Source: Klebsormidium nitens (lineage: Eukaryota > Plantae > Klebsormidiophyceae). From it: a stretch of 64,000 nucleotides of DNA. The notes under the pieces were generated by a model, which was not told the origin of the DNA, did no database searches, and was given only the letters and a program-made list of their open reading frames with translations. The position numbers and the translations under genes were made by a program. The stretch is from contig DF237114.1 in the NCBI GenBank assembly GCA_000708835.1, forward strand, positions 62,001 through 126,000, written 5' to 3'. This document shows positions 27,501 through 39,500 of this stretch, one piece after another (position 1 is the stretch's first letter; each line of letters begins with the position of its first letter).

Positions 27501-30500
27501 TTTCAAAAGTCGAGTTGGGACATTTCTTGCGGCTGGTACCTGATAACTTGCCTTCGAGTTTGTAAGTTTTGATGGACCCTCACCAGTGCAGATTCACCGT
27601 CCCCGCAAAAGTAACTCCTTTCCTCTTTTATCTCTCTCTCTCCATCTTTTCTTTTTTTTCTCTATTTTATTCCCCTAAAACCCCAAAAATTCTAAAACCA
27701 TAAAACCCTAAAAAGCTAACGCGCGTTTGTCTTGCAGGCGGGCTCATGCCGGGAGGTGCCGGGTCGTACCCCGGGTCGCGACCTGGAGAGCAACAGAATG
27801 GTTAGTCTATGATTGTTTAGTATTTAATTCGTACCTCTGTGATTGTGATTTGTGTATGAATGTCTAGTATTTCATTCGTACCTAGCTCTTCGTGAATTAG
27901 CATTGACGAAGGTATGCACTCATAAGAACAAGTAATGTCGTTCAGTCTCGTGCTCTAGCACGCGTTTTCAAGGCCAAATGTCGAGCAGAGAGAGTTGTCT
28001 CAAACCGGTTGCTTGCGCGCAGGTTACGGTGGCCAGTATGGCGGTAACCAGCAGTCGGGCCTTCTCCCCACCGTTGAAAGAGTGGTGGGAGTTGGTGGGC
28101 AGCAGGGTCAGCTGGGTGGCGAAGCAGGTACATTTTAGTTGCGAGTTAATATTTATTTCTGCTTTGGAAAACTGCCAGTACGTGTTTATTTGCTTGGCTA
28201 GAAACGCTCTATCAGTAGGTTCGTCGATGACCACCAAGTAAATGTGAGCGTTTAAGCCGGTTAGTATCTGGAATTATCCTCTCCCTCTTTTTGATTGCGA
28301 TGAAAAGGCTTCGAGGTGCACGTCCCGTTTTCACACGCGCCATCAGTTTCTTCCGTGTCCCTACCTGCTTCCTGCGAGACCCGTGCGCGCCCCTTCATGA
28401 TTTCCTGGCGGACCCGTGAAAAAGAACCTCTGAATCATGCTTCCCAAGCCTACAGCTGTCCTGGTTTCTCCTTGGCTCGTGATTGCAGATAAATGTTCTT
28501 TCTTATCTGAAACCCGTTCGATCTGATTTGTTCCATGCAAGAAGCAGTCTGAAGTCCGCTTATGACTCGCTCGAGCGCAGTCGCTCATTGGGCTTTCGCT
28601 CGTGCAGGTGGGCTGCCTGGAGGCGTCGGTTCCGGTCTTCCGGGCGGCGTTGGTAAGACAGCGGAATTACGACCTTTCAACAGTTCTCCCTTTCGAATGA
28701 AGCTATAACAATTCCCGAGCGATTTCAGGCTGTGCTGTGCGGCCAATACGTGTAGTTGTTCACTCTTGCCCACGATTCCTCCGCTTCGAGACCTTCACGT
28801 TGGGAATAAAGTATTTTCCTTCCGGCCAACCTGGAGTATAACTTACACTTCTCGAGCAGAAAAATCTAATGAATGCAGTGCTTCGAGCCAGGACGTTTCA
28901 AACATGTGTTCGACTTGACGATCGGTACGTCAAGAACCGTTTTGCCGTCTGCTCTGTTGGAAATCACAGCGATGTTTCGACTGAAATTGGCGCTTCTCTA
29001 GAGAAATAATGCGTGATGGATTGTCGTCTTTCCAGAATCTATTATCGAGGTTGGCTTTTCACTTGTGCAGGTGGGCAGCAGGGAGGACTTTTGCCAACCG
29101 TCGAGAACATTCTCGGCGTCGGCCAGCAGCCGGGTCGGGGCCAAAGCCAGGGTTACGGCCAGGGTTACGGTCAAAGCCAGGGTTACGGCCAGAGTTACGT
29201 CCAAGGTTACGGCCAGAGCCAAATCCAGGGTTACGGCCAGGCCCAAGGCCAGGGCCAGGGTTTCGCCGGTGGAATGGCAGGTAGGTCGGCGCTCCGATTG
29301 TTGCATTCTGGAAGCCGCCAAATCTGGTTTCAACCGTGCTTTCTTGGTGAGCCTGATCCTAAAGAACTCGACCAGTATCGCCCTTATACTTGCTGCCTGC
29401 AATTGGGACAACTAGGCATGCGTTTCATCCGACGTTGGTGGGAAGTAGACTGCAACAACATGCCTTGAGTTTTCGGCTTTCTCGACGGCGAAATTACCGT
29501 CGAGAGATTGATTTCGGCTCGATTGCTGCTTTGTGGGCTTTCTCATTCATGAGTCGAAGTAAGTTGCCGACTTCTTGCAACACTGGAAGTCGAATTTGAG
29601 TCTTTGAATGAACAGGTTTCCTTTGTCACCTCTGCAAACTTCTCAAAATTCAGCATAGCCTGTTTGCGTAGGGGTGTTTCTTATCCAAATGAATCACGAA
29701 TGCCAGCCCGGTGTGTCAGATTGAAAGTGTTTTAGGTAAGCTCAGGGAACGGAGCCACACTCAACGAAAACAAGCAGGGTATTCCAAACGAGCAAATTGT
29801 CATAGAGGTGAGACGCCTGGTGTGAGTTTTACCAAAAGGAGCCACATTCGACAAAGACGGGCGGGTTTGATTAATTCCGACTAAAATTGTCGTTAAATAA
29901 CACTGATTGGGTTTTGCCGTGCGCAGGCGGCCGTCCCACCGGTCTCCTGCCGACCGTGGAAAATATTCTGGGCGTCGGGCAGAGCCAGGGCCAGGGCGTT
30001 GCCGGCGGTGAGTGGCACAATAATACTAAGGTTCTTTTGGTTTAGTGAACAGCAAGCTCAGTGAACGGGTTGCATTTTGGTATTACCAAATATCGTGATC
30101 TAAAAGATCACCCGATCTGCACCCGTACCCACCGGCCTAACCCTCTACCCAATTCCACCCGTCTCGGTTCCTGTTCACTAAATGTTACCGTTCACTAAGT
30201 CGATCAAACTATACTTTCGTCCAACCTGCATTTTGCAAACGAAGAATGTTTCAAAGCCGTCTTGCGCATTTACTGCGAGAGGGCCTCCTACACAACTTGG
30301 CAATCCAGAAGCATTGCTTGATTGATGTCTGTCGAACTTGCTCGAATTCTGGGTTATCAATCTAAGCTGAAGAATTCTCTTCTTTCACTCATGCTCGTAT
30401 TTCAATCAACCTGTAGAGCGATGATTCCTCGGTTTTCGCAGGACTGAACCCAACCTTGTGCATGCAGGTTATCAGGGCGGCTACCAACAAGGCGCCTACC

Positions 30501-33500
30501 AGCAGGGCGGTTTCCAGCAGGGCGGCCAGCAGCAAGCTTCTAACCAAAGGGGTCCTGTCTACCAGCCGGGCGTTTACCAGCCTGGGCCCTTCCAACCGGG
30601 CACCGGTCAGCCGCCGGCCGTTGCCGGAAACGGGCGCCCAACCCCGACCCCGCTTCCTGCTCCGTTAACCGACACCAATGCGACCACTGGTACGTACCGC
30701 CAGAACCGTCCGTTCGGAGCCTCAATTCGCTCTGAATTTGTCACGTATGCCGGGGTCGTACGCAGACTGCTTGAAGAGCCACACTCACAAGGGCTGCTTG
30801 TTGAGTTAGTCATCTTGCGCGCGTCCTGTTGTGTTGACACGTGGCATCCCAAGCCGGGAGCCACATTTAGTACTGCAAGGCTGTTTTGAGCCACTGACTT
30901 TTGGAGTCTCACAGTAAAGCTTCGTATCAAGCCGTTCTGCGGCCAACCACTTTTTTCTGCAGTTTTTGACATGTCACCACGTGGCTTTCATGCAGGCACG
31001 CACAGCTGGACCACTGGGAGCTATGAGGAGGGCACTGCGCAGGTGCACCACCACGTGATCAACATCCACATGTGCGCTGATGGGCGGGTGGTCCCATCGA
31101 CAGGATTGACGAGTAAGTACACGCGATCGTCTATGTTGCTTCGAGATTCCTGCGATTGGACCGCTTTTTAGTTGGATGCGTTTGACTTGGATGAAAGATT
31201 CCTATCGAGGTTGCTCCTTTTGTGGGCTCTCAATCTGCTCTTCTAAGCCGCATCCCAAAGGTGCCGTATAGAGTTTACTAAAGAGCAATTTCGCTCCTTA
31301 TAGCCAACGTTATCCTTATACTTCAGCTTTTGAGATAACCTCGTTTCATTTGTAAAAGTATCCGTTAGCGAAAAAGAGGTGCAAGCTGCGCGAGAGCCTG
31401 CGTTCAAACCAAGCATCTGCTCTGACTAGAGTTTAGACATTCGAAGGTTCTCTTGTAGTAACGTAGAGCGTTTTTTGATGGCGGGGAAGCATATGATTCT
31501 ATTCGACGCCCCAGCTTCTTGCCGGATGAAGCATTGTGGTTCTCGCCGCTCACATCAATTCCTCCAGCGAACAGCCCAATGGCTTCGATATCCGCTCTCT
31601 TTATGAATCCCAGCCTACTAGCGATGGGGACGTATCGCATCGTGCGCCAAACGGGCCGTTTTGTGGTGCGCGTATCAGCTTTCAACTCCAAACTGAAACC
31701 GACATTCCAAGAATCTCAAAAGACATTGAGAGCGAATTGTCAAAAACTCCAGACGGCATCAGGAGCCAATTTTGAAGAACTCAGCCGACATGGAGAGCAG
31801 ATTTCAAGAACCTCAAACATTCATCTTCGTCTCCCAGGTGTCACCGGTAGGCCGGTCGTTCGTGTCAGGCTCCCGACCACCGGGGCCTCTGCTTTTAATA
31901 CTTGTACACTTGCTTTGATCTGAGATGACGTCTCTTCGCGCGCCAAATTTTGGTCATCTCCGGGGTGCGAGTGTCAACCCACAACAGCCATGTTTCACAC
32001 CCACTTCTCAATGGTTTAATACGAAGTTACCTCTCGTTTCCAGGTGTAACCGGTCGGCCGGTCGTTCGCGTGAGGCTCCCGACCAGCGGGGCTTTCTTGC
32101 ACGTGGAGGCGCAGACGGCCGAAGAGGTCTCCCAGTACTTCTTTTCCCTGGGGCTCGGCAGCGGGGCGCTCCAATCGTCGAACAGCGTCGGGCTGCTGCA
32201 ACCGGGCACTACGTTGACCCATGGCGCGGAGTATGTCTACATCTCAAGCAACCTCTCAGGTGGGTTAACGCTCTACCACAGAAAGATTTGGCTGCTAACC
32301 AGGCTCGCTAACCAATCTTCAGTCTGGTTCTTGACCAATACCCGCGTCATAGTCATGTGAGAAACCTGGTCACCACTCGATTCTGGACAGTTGACCAGCT
32401 TCGAACCAGCCCGTAACCTACTATGGGTAGCCGCCAAAACCCTTGTGTACTTACTGATTTTGACAGAACGGCTCGTCAACAAAGGTGGCGATGAAACGTT
32501 GGTCTGGTCCTTTATCACTTCCTTCGCCGGGGTTGGCACTAACGTATGATGATCAAGAAACGTTTATCTCGTAATTTCAGTATCCCAAATCCTTTCCACC
32601 TTTTCCAAGTGGTCTTTAAATTCGTAATCTATCTACGATCCCGTAGCTTGAAAGGTTAACGTCGTGCCCAATCACGAGGGTGAGAGACCAACAGAAACAC
32701 ACACCAGAACTTTCACAAAAGCCTTGCAGATGTGATAAACACGGCGTTCAGTCGCGAAGCTAAAAAATTTCACACATTACAATCCCAAAAGCTGACAGAC
32801 CTTGGAAAGCTTGGACGTTGAGAGTGATGTCGCGAATCTTTTCTCCCCTTGCTGACGTAACAACGCTTGCACTTTTCTACTCAGAATTCCCCCAACCCCA
32901 CTGCCAGTTGAAAACTGTCAGACCTGCGGACAGATCACATGAACTTTAATCGTGGTTGAGGCGGCTTATCGCCAATCGCAGTCTAATGCTTAACCCAGTC
33001 TAATGATCGAACCAGTCTGATGCTTAACCCCTTCCGTGCAGGTTTTGGCTCCTCGACTTCCGGAGGATGGAACACAACTTCCGGGGGATGGAACAATGGT
33101 GGTAAGAGCTCGAACTTGAATTTGCTCAAACTGACTATGGGGTTGCTGCTCGGACCTTGCGTTTCAGTTGAGCGCGCCGCATGGATACTAGCACGTCTTA
33201 TGGCAGATCAGGCTCGTCCTCTCTTAAGTCCAAACTCATCCTTGAGTTTGCACAGGTACATATAGAAGGTCGGAATCCAGATTGATTGGATTTGGTACAA
33301 GACCGCCATGGCTTGACGCACTTGAGCTTTCTCTAATGAAAGCAGCCGTGAACGATTGAATGAATAGAAATGGGAAAAAAACTGGTTTTTCGAACTTTGC
33401 TCCTTCACTTTCTGTCAGGCGTGGGCACCCTTACTCAGGCGCGTCCGATGATCGCCCCTGGATTTGGAAGCTTCGGTGAGTATTCGTAATGATTGATGGG

Positions 33501-36500
33501 AAACTAAGCGCGAAACTTTTACACCGGCGTCTCGTGTTACGTATGGGTCTTCGAAGGGTAACAGAGATGCGTCTGGAACGAAGTTAAGTGCGACCACAAC
33601 TTCCTGGTCATCGCTGCAAAAGGAAGGAGGACTATTGTTGCGGCGGCCTCAAGCCGAAATACCAACTTAACCGTTCCTCCGCACTGATTCAGCGTCCCCT
33701 TAAACCACCAACCCACTGCTTTTGAAGACGTCATTTGCGCCAGCCTGTTAACCAACCTCTTTAAGAGAGTTTCTAATCTACGCGTTTCTAAGAGGTTGCG
33801 TCTCCAGTCTTCCGAATCCTCCATCTTTATACCCTTTGGTTATCCTCATGTGCAGGCGGTCAATTCAACCAAGGCGGTCAATTCAACCAGGAGCAGTTCA
33901 ACCAGGGTCAATTCAGCCAGGGACAGTTCAACCAGTTTGGACAGGGCGGCGAGGGTTCCGTGATTACCGGCGGTGCTGTAGGCGGTAAGCACCTTCACGA
34001 CGCTTCTCCTTGAGACATCTGGTATAAGATCGAAAAAGTGGCCCGGAATCTGCGGTTCAAAAGCGCGCAGCCGTATGCCGCAGGAAAAGGTCGAGCACCC
34101 GTTGACACTAACTCAAGACAAGCGGTGGCGTAAGCTCTGGTTCAATTCAAAATTAGAGGGTATCGAACAGGTTTTGTCTGGACTGTTCACCCGATTCTTC
34201 AGACGTTCCCGCGTCTACAAACAAGAGCTTCTGTGAGCAGGCGCGACAGGTCGAAACTAGTGGCAGTTTCGTTTGACCACCCCGCACTTCCTTCGGTGTC
34301 CCCAGCTCCTTCTAAGCAACTCTCCACTCCGTTTTTTTCGTCAGCAATCCGGATGCAATTTGTCTTTTCCTTCTTCCCAATTAGCCTGTACGGAATAACG
34401 CAGCAACTTCTACGAGCTTCTGTTGGGCTTCGATTCCAATTTTGGAACTTTTGGTGTGGCATGCAACTCTGCGCGTGTTGGAACGGAGAACAATCTAGAA
34501 TAGGATTCAAAAAAAATCGAAGTTAGAGGTATCTAAATCTCACTCACTGCTCTCACAGGAGCGGCGTTCATCATCGTTCAGAGTGCCAACGGCATCGAGA
34601 CGATCCGCGTCCCGCAGCAGACCGTCGGCTCGGCCCTGGCTTACCTACGTCAGCTCGGGTTCGGCGAGGGCGTGCTCCTGGGCGTCGACGGAGCGCAGCT
34701 GACGTCACAGAGCATCCTGAGTAGTGGCGGACAGTACTTCTTCCGCACCCAGAGTGAGCAGTGCTTGCGTCAGCCCACATATTCCCGTATTGTTCTAGGA
34801 AGTTTTCTGGCAGAATGGTACTCGTGTGGTTCACAAGCGGTTCCGTTTGTTATTGCCATTCTGAGAAGGGTTATGCTTGAAGGCCTAGGTCCCCCTATCA
34901 CAAGAGTGTAGGCCCTACTAAACGTAAAATTGGTCTAACGGTAGTTTTCCCAGTTGGGCGCTAACCCTCAAAGCATCCCCCCCTGCACTTAACACGTGAT
35001 TTGAGACGGGTTTGATTCACTTTGCAACAGTCATAGAAGGATCACCATTTTCTTTCGACCAGATTGTACCCGTTTTGCAGATCGGATTTGACATGCTTGC
35101 CGCACGCATGCCTTGCTAATTAGTTTGGCTCGAAACTTTCGAGGAGATAGTTGCTGATGTATCATTCTCCTGTCACAGCTGATTTCAACTCATGGGGCTC
35201 GGGAGTAGCTACGGGGAGCAGCAGCGGATTCGTCACTTCCGGCCAGCAGGGCTTTGGTTCCGTCCAGCAGGGCTTCGTCGGCCAGCAAGGCTTCGGTTCC
35301 GGCCAGCAAGGTTTCGGATCCGGCCAGCAGACCGGCAATTTCACTTCCGGCCAGCAAGGCTTTGGTTCCGGCCAGCAGACCGGAATCACTTCCGGTCAGC
35401 ATGGCTTCGGTTCCGGCCAGCAGACCGGTTTTGGTTTCGGCCAGCAAGGCTTCACTTCTGGTCAGCAGAGCGGCTTCACTTCCGGCCAGAGCGGCTTCGG
35501 TTCCGGCCAGCAGACTGCCTCCATTACGTATCCTGCACCAGGTTTGTGTCTTTTGTTTTCTGAATTGACCCCCAATTGTTATTATGTCACGCGCTTCTGG
35601 TTACATCCCTATCACGGTAGGACTCGGCTGGAGAATCAGCTGAGTCTATTAACAAACAAGGATCAAACGCGCAGCTCGTTTCTTTTTCGAACGTCATTCG
35701 TACTTCGTAGAGATAGTTTTGATCTTTCGGCATGTGGAGTAGTGGTGCCGTTTATTCCTTTTTGTAAACCCCTCGAAAGCGTGCAGTGCAATTACCCCAC
35801 AGCTGGTAATATCCGGTGAGACCGACTCTCCGAACCCAGAGCGCTCAACCGCATCCTTCACCCGATCCTCAACCTATTTCATGACCCGCTTTCTAACCTC
35901 TAAACTCCGCTGATTTTAGGACCGTTTCAAATCATCCAACCCGGTTCATAACCTAATTTTCTAACCAAATATTCATTTTCCGTTTTGCAGGACCGTTCCA
36001 AATCATCCAGCTGCCCAGCCAGCCCGTGAATGTGACTTCGTTCCAGACTGTGGGCCAGATTCTCCAGATCCTGGCCACACGGCCGGGCTACGGACCGGGC
36101 GTGCTTCACGCCGGTAACGGCGTCGTTCTGCAGCAGAACGAGCTGGTGCTGCCCGGGAGGGACTATTTCTTCGTCGCCCAGTCGCACTTCTCAGGTAGGT
36201 CGGGTGATTCGAAGTCAAGAGTCTTGCGCGCATGTGGGCGACGCAGGACTTCGGCGCCGTAGTACCTGCCAATAGGCAATCGGATCCCTCCACTAGAACC
36301 AAAACTGCTTTTTTTCTCGTGAAGTTTTCAAATAACGAAACAGAACCCAATTTGACCTTCTTTCTGAGCCAGCTTGTCACCTAGTAGGATAAGAGTAGGG
36401 TTGGTACAATGTAAACATGGTCTGTCCATTCAAACAAGTGGACGCAAAGGCAACTCTTCGTGGGAAGTCCAATTCAATCGAAATGAATTTTTTTCATAGC

Positions 36501-39500
36501 TGCTCCATCCTCGCTAAATCTACGTACGTTTCTGCGTACTTTGGCCCGAGACTGCAGGTCGACGACTGACGGATACCCTCGTATTCTGACAGCTCGTTCT
36601 GGACCTTCAGCGAACTTGATTTGTTTTCAACAGGAATCTTTCTCTGCGGATGCAAGACTTCTCCAGGATCTCATCGCCTCGCAAAAGGACTTTTCTTGCG
36701 TCAGATTAATACTAAGCATGTGTGATCCCTTGTGGTTTGCAGCATCCAGCTTCAACTGGTTCACGTCGGGCGGCTCCACGGGAACGGTGGGCACTTCCGG
36801 TGGCATCGGAGGTCAGACCGGTACGTTTTTCCACAGCCACTTTTTTGGATTTTCCTTTGTTCGATTCTATGAAGTAGTTGTAAAACAACGCTCGTCAAGC
36901 AGGGGAGGCCGTTTCCTGCTTACTCTGCCAAGAAGTGACGACACCGAATAAGGCCGAGCAAAGACTTCATGATCAAAAAAACGAGAAAATACCTTGAGGA
37001 CCAGCCAGTAAAGTCTTGGGGATTTGCATTCAAGAATGGTAGCTGGCAACCTGGAATTGTACCGACGACCCCGTTCTCGAGTTCCAATCCGCCTCCCATT
37101 ATGATGCGTAAACTCCCACGTATCTTCAGAGTGATTGCCTGACCGTCTTTGTAGCTGAAGTCATCAAATGATTGACTCCCCTCCGATCAAGCTTTCTGCC
37201 CACGCGGTTCAAAAATGCAAACTCCCCTTGATTCGGCGAGAGTAACCTGGATTTGCCAGGAAACGTCACCCATCTGACGTGTGATTGCGTTTCCTCGCAT
37301 CTGGATCGTTACGGAATGTCACCCATCTGACAAGAGTCACTGCGTTGTTTTGCTCGCAGGTAACCCCGCCACGACCAGCCCCGAGATCCGCATCACCAAC
37401 CCCCGGGCCGGGGTGTCCATGATTGTGCGCGCGCAGACCGCGGCGGAGGCGCTGGCCACGCTCAAGCCGTTCATGGGCGAGGGAGTGCTTCAGTTCCCCA
37501 ACGGAACGCTCGTGAACCCCAACGCCTTCCTCTCGCCGGGGCTCGTGTACACCTTCGTGCCTAGCATCCCCAGTAAGTCGTTTGTCCTTTGAATATTCTG
37601 CTTTCCAAATCTGAGGATGGCGAATGTGAATCGAAATGTTCTAGCAGCAGAAGCAGAGCCTGCTTACCGATTGAAGAAGCAGGTGGACGTGCAAACGCAG
37701 TGACTTTTAATGTGTATTGTGATGATCAGAGGAGGAAAGGGAAGCTCCAAAGAAGTAATGAGCGGGAGTGCGGATCTATAAGGTCTCCTCACGACTGTTG
37801 TGTGCCCATGTGCAAGAGCAACACGCGTCGAAGTCTTCTCGTCTGAACTTCAATGGTGAACTCAAGTATCGTTGAGCTTTACATCGTTGCTTTTGGGAGA
37901 ATGTAACGTCGGTTTAGGAGGATGTGACGGTTTGCTGATGACGCACGTCACTAAGAAAGCAACCGTTGGTACAGGCGGTATTGTGCCTGGAGGAGGCCAG
38001 CAGCCTGCCGGCGGTATCGTGGGTGGAGGTCAGCAGCCTACCGGCGGTATCGGTGCAGGTGGGTATTGCTGAATGAAAGTTGCACCCAGAGTTTACCGTT
38101 TCATTCTCATTCTTCCAGAAGGGGAGTCTGGCGGTCAGAAGACGCTTCGCTGGGTCTAGCCTCAAACTACGAGCCATGTTCAAAGACAATGCGCAAATCG
38201 CCACCGCTCCACTATTCTCAGTACGTTGAACCCAAGCAATGCGCACAATCCAGCAGTTGGCAACAATTGGAGTCACGGACGCCAGAAGGAAAAGTTAAGA
38301 GTTTCTTTCGTGGCTGCTCAGCGAAGCTTTGATGCAGAATGAGCCGATCACAGCTCGTTGTGCATCGTATATTTGTTCTGTTCTCCGCGTGATTTGTGGA
38401 TGGTGTCGAGCGTCGGATGCTTCACGGGTCCCATCATTTTGTAGTCGAGAAGAAGTTTCGAGGATGCGTGACTCAGAAGATGCTGCCCAAGTTGCCTTGG
38501 CGTAGCTCCCCTAGTAGCCTCTTCCTTCATTGATCCGGTTACTCTGCCGATAAACGCTTGATTGCAGAATAAGTTGTAGATGAAACCTGGCAGGTCTTTC
38601 TGTTCATCTTCCTGAGAGCACAATACCTCCGAGCGTTCTCGCAAGTGCAACTTTGCAAATCAGATTTCTATCTTAAAATAGTCACTGAAAGTCATTCCCC
38701 GTAGACTTGCATGTCAGCTTCCAGGGGAAATCCAGCGGCCAATTTATCGGTGTTCCATTTGGGCCACATTCGAATTTTCAAAAACTAGTGGGCACTTGGA
38801 CGCTCAGCGAAAAGTTGAAAGTGCCCAGTTGCTCGAACTGTGACCTTAACCGCGCCCAATTCACGTCGCCGCAGGTCCGACAAACGGCGCGGCGAAGGCT
38901 ACCGGTCAGGTGGTACGCATCACCGACCCCTCGGGAAATGTTGTGGCGACCGTCGAGCCGCAGACCGCGCAACAGGCGCTGGAGTACCTGAGGCGCAGGA
39001 TCGGGGACGGAACTCTGGAGTACCGGAACGGAACCGGATTGGCGCCCTTCACGCCTCTGACCGCTGGGATTGACTACGTCTTCAGACCGGTCACGCAGCC
39101 AGCCGTCCGGCCTCCGGCACCGGTCACGCCACCCACAGGTACGTACCGGATGTGATTGCACGGTTCCAACACGTCTGCTCCTAAAATCTTCACATCCCAA
39201 AAGCCTCAATGTTGACCTCTCGCTAATGTCGTGGGCGCTTTCACTGGTGACGTTGGTAGTTCTAAGTAATTGAAGACTTGCTTATTGTGTGAAATTCGCA
39301 CCCGCTTCTCTGGCAACCGGCTGCTGCGGTAATCCGCGTGAAAGTTCTTCTAGAAAGGTTCACGTTGAGCGAACGTACCCGCACAGGTGTCCCCGCTACC
39401 TATCAGGACACACAGGAATCTCTTCCCCTCACTTGCTGCCGGTTGTGGGCGCCCGACTTGCTGTTCATTACTAATTAGTTTCACCCGGTGTTTCCTAAGC

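Larger units (their letters stand above)
19189..30007 (+). repeat. Coding repeat array: 13 GLLPTVE(RVV/RVL/NIL)GVG exons and 9 GGL(P/MP)GG exons
   Basis: A-type exons start at 19189, 20066, 21005, 21986, 22829, 23794, 24816, 25900, 26660, 27314, 28023, 29071, 29927. B-type exons start at 21517, 22294, 23358, 24263, 25190, 26152, 26981, 27738, 28608. They alternate strictly from 21005 to 28652. Confidence 0.9.

Noticed and set aside
28998-29411. Minus-strand ORF with LALAVT repeats (membrane- or antifreeze-like)
   Set aside because: It is the antisense shadow of the QGYGQ exon and has no independent support.
19189-30007. CRISPR-like array (conserved repeats separated by unique spacers)
   Set aside because: The repeats are GT-AG-bounded in-frame exons with synonymous variation, and the spacers are introns of 150-800 nt. 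No cas genes.
35162-35447. Minus-strand PCWPEPK repeat ORF resembling small proline-rich or Cys-rich proteins
   Set aside because: It is the antisense shadow of the GFGSGQQ exon.
35803-35815. Micro-exon (CAG|CTG|GTAAT or a 13-nt variant)
   Set aside because: The 13-nt form breaks the frame, and the 3-nt form cannot be supported without transcript data.
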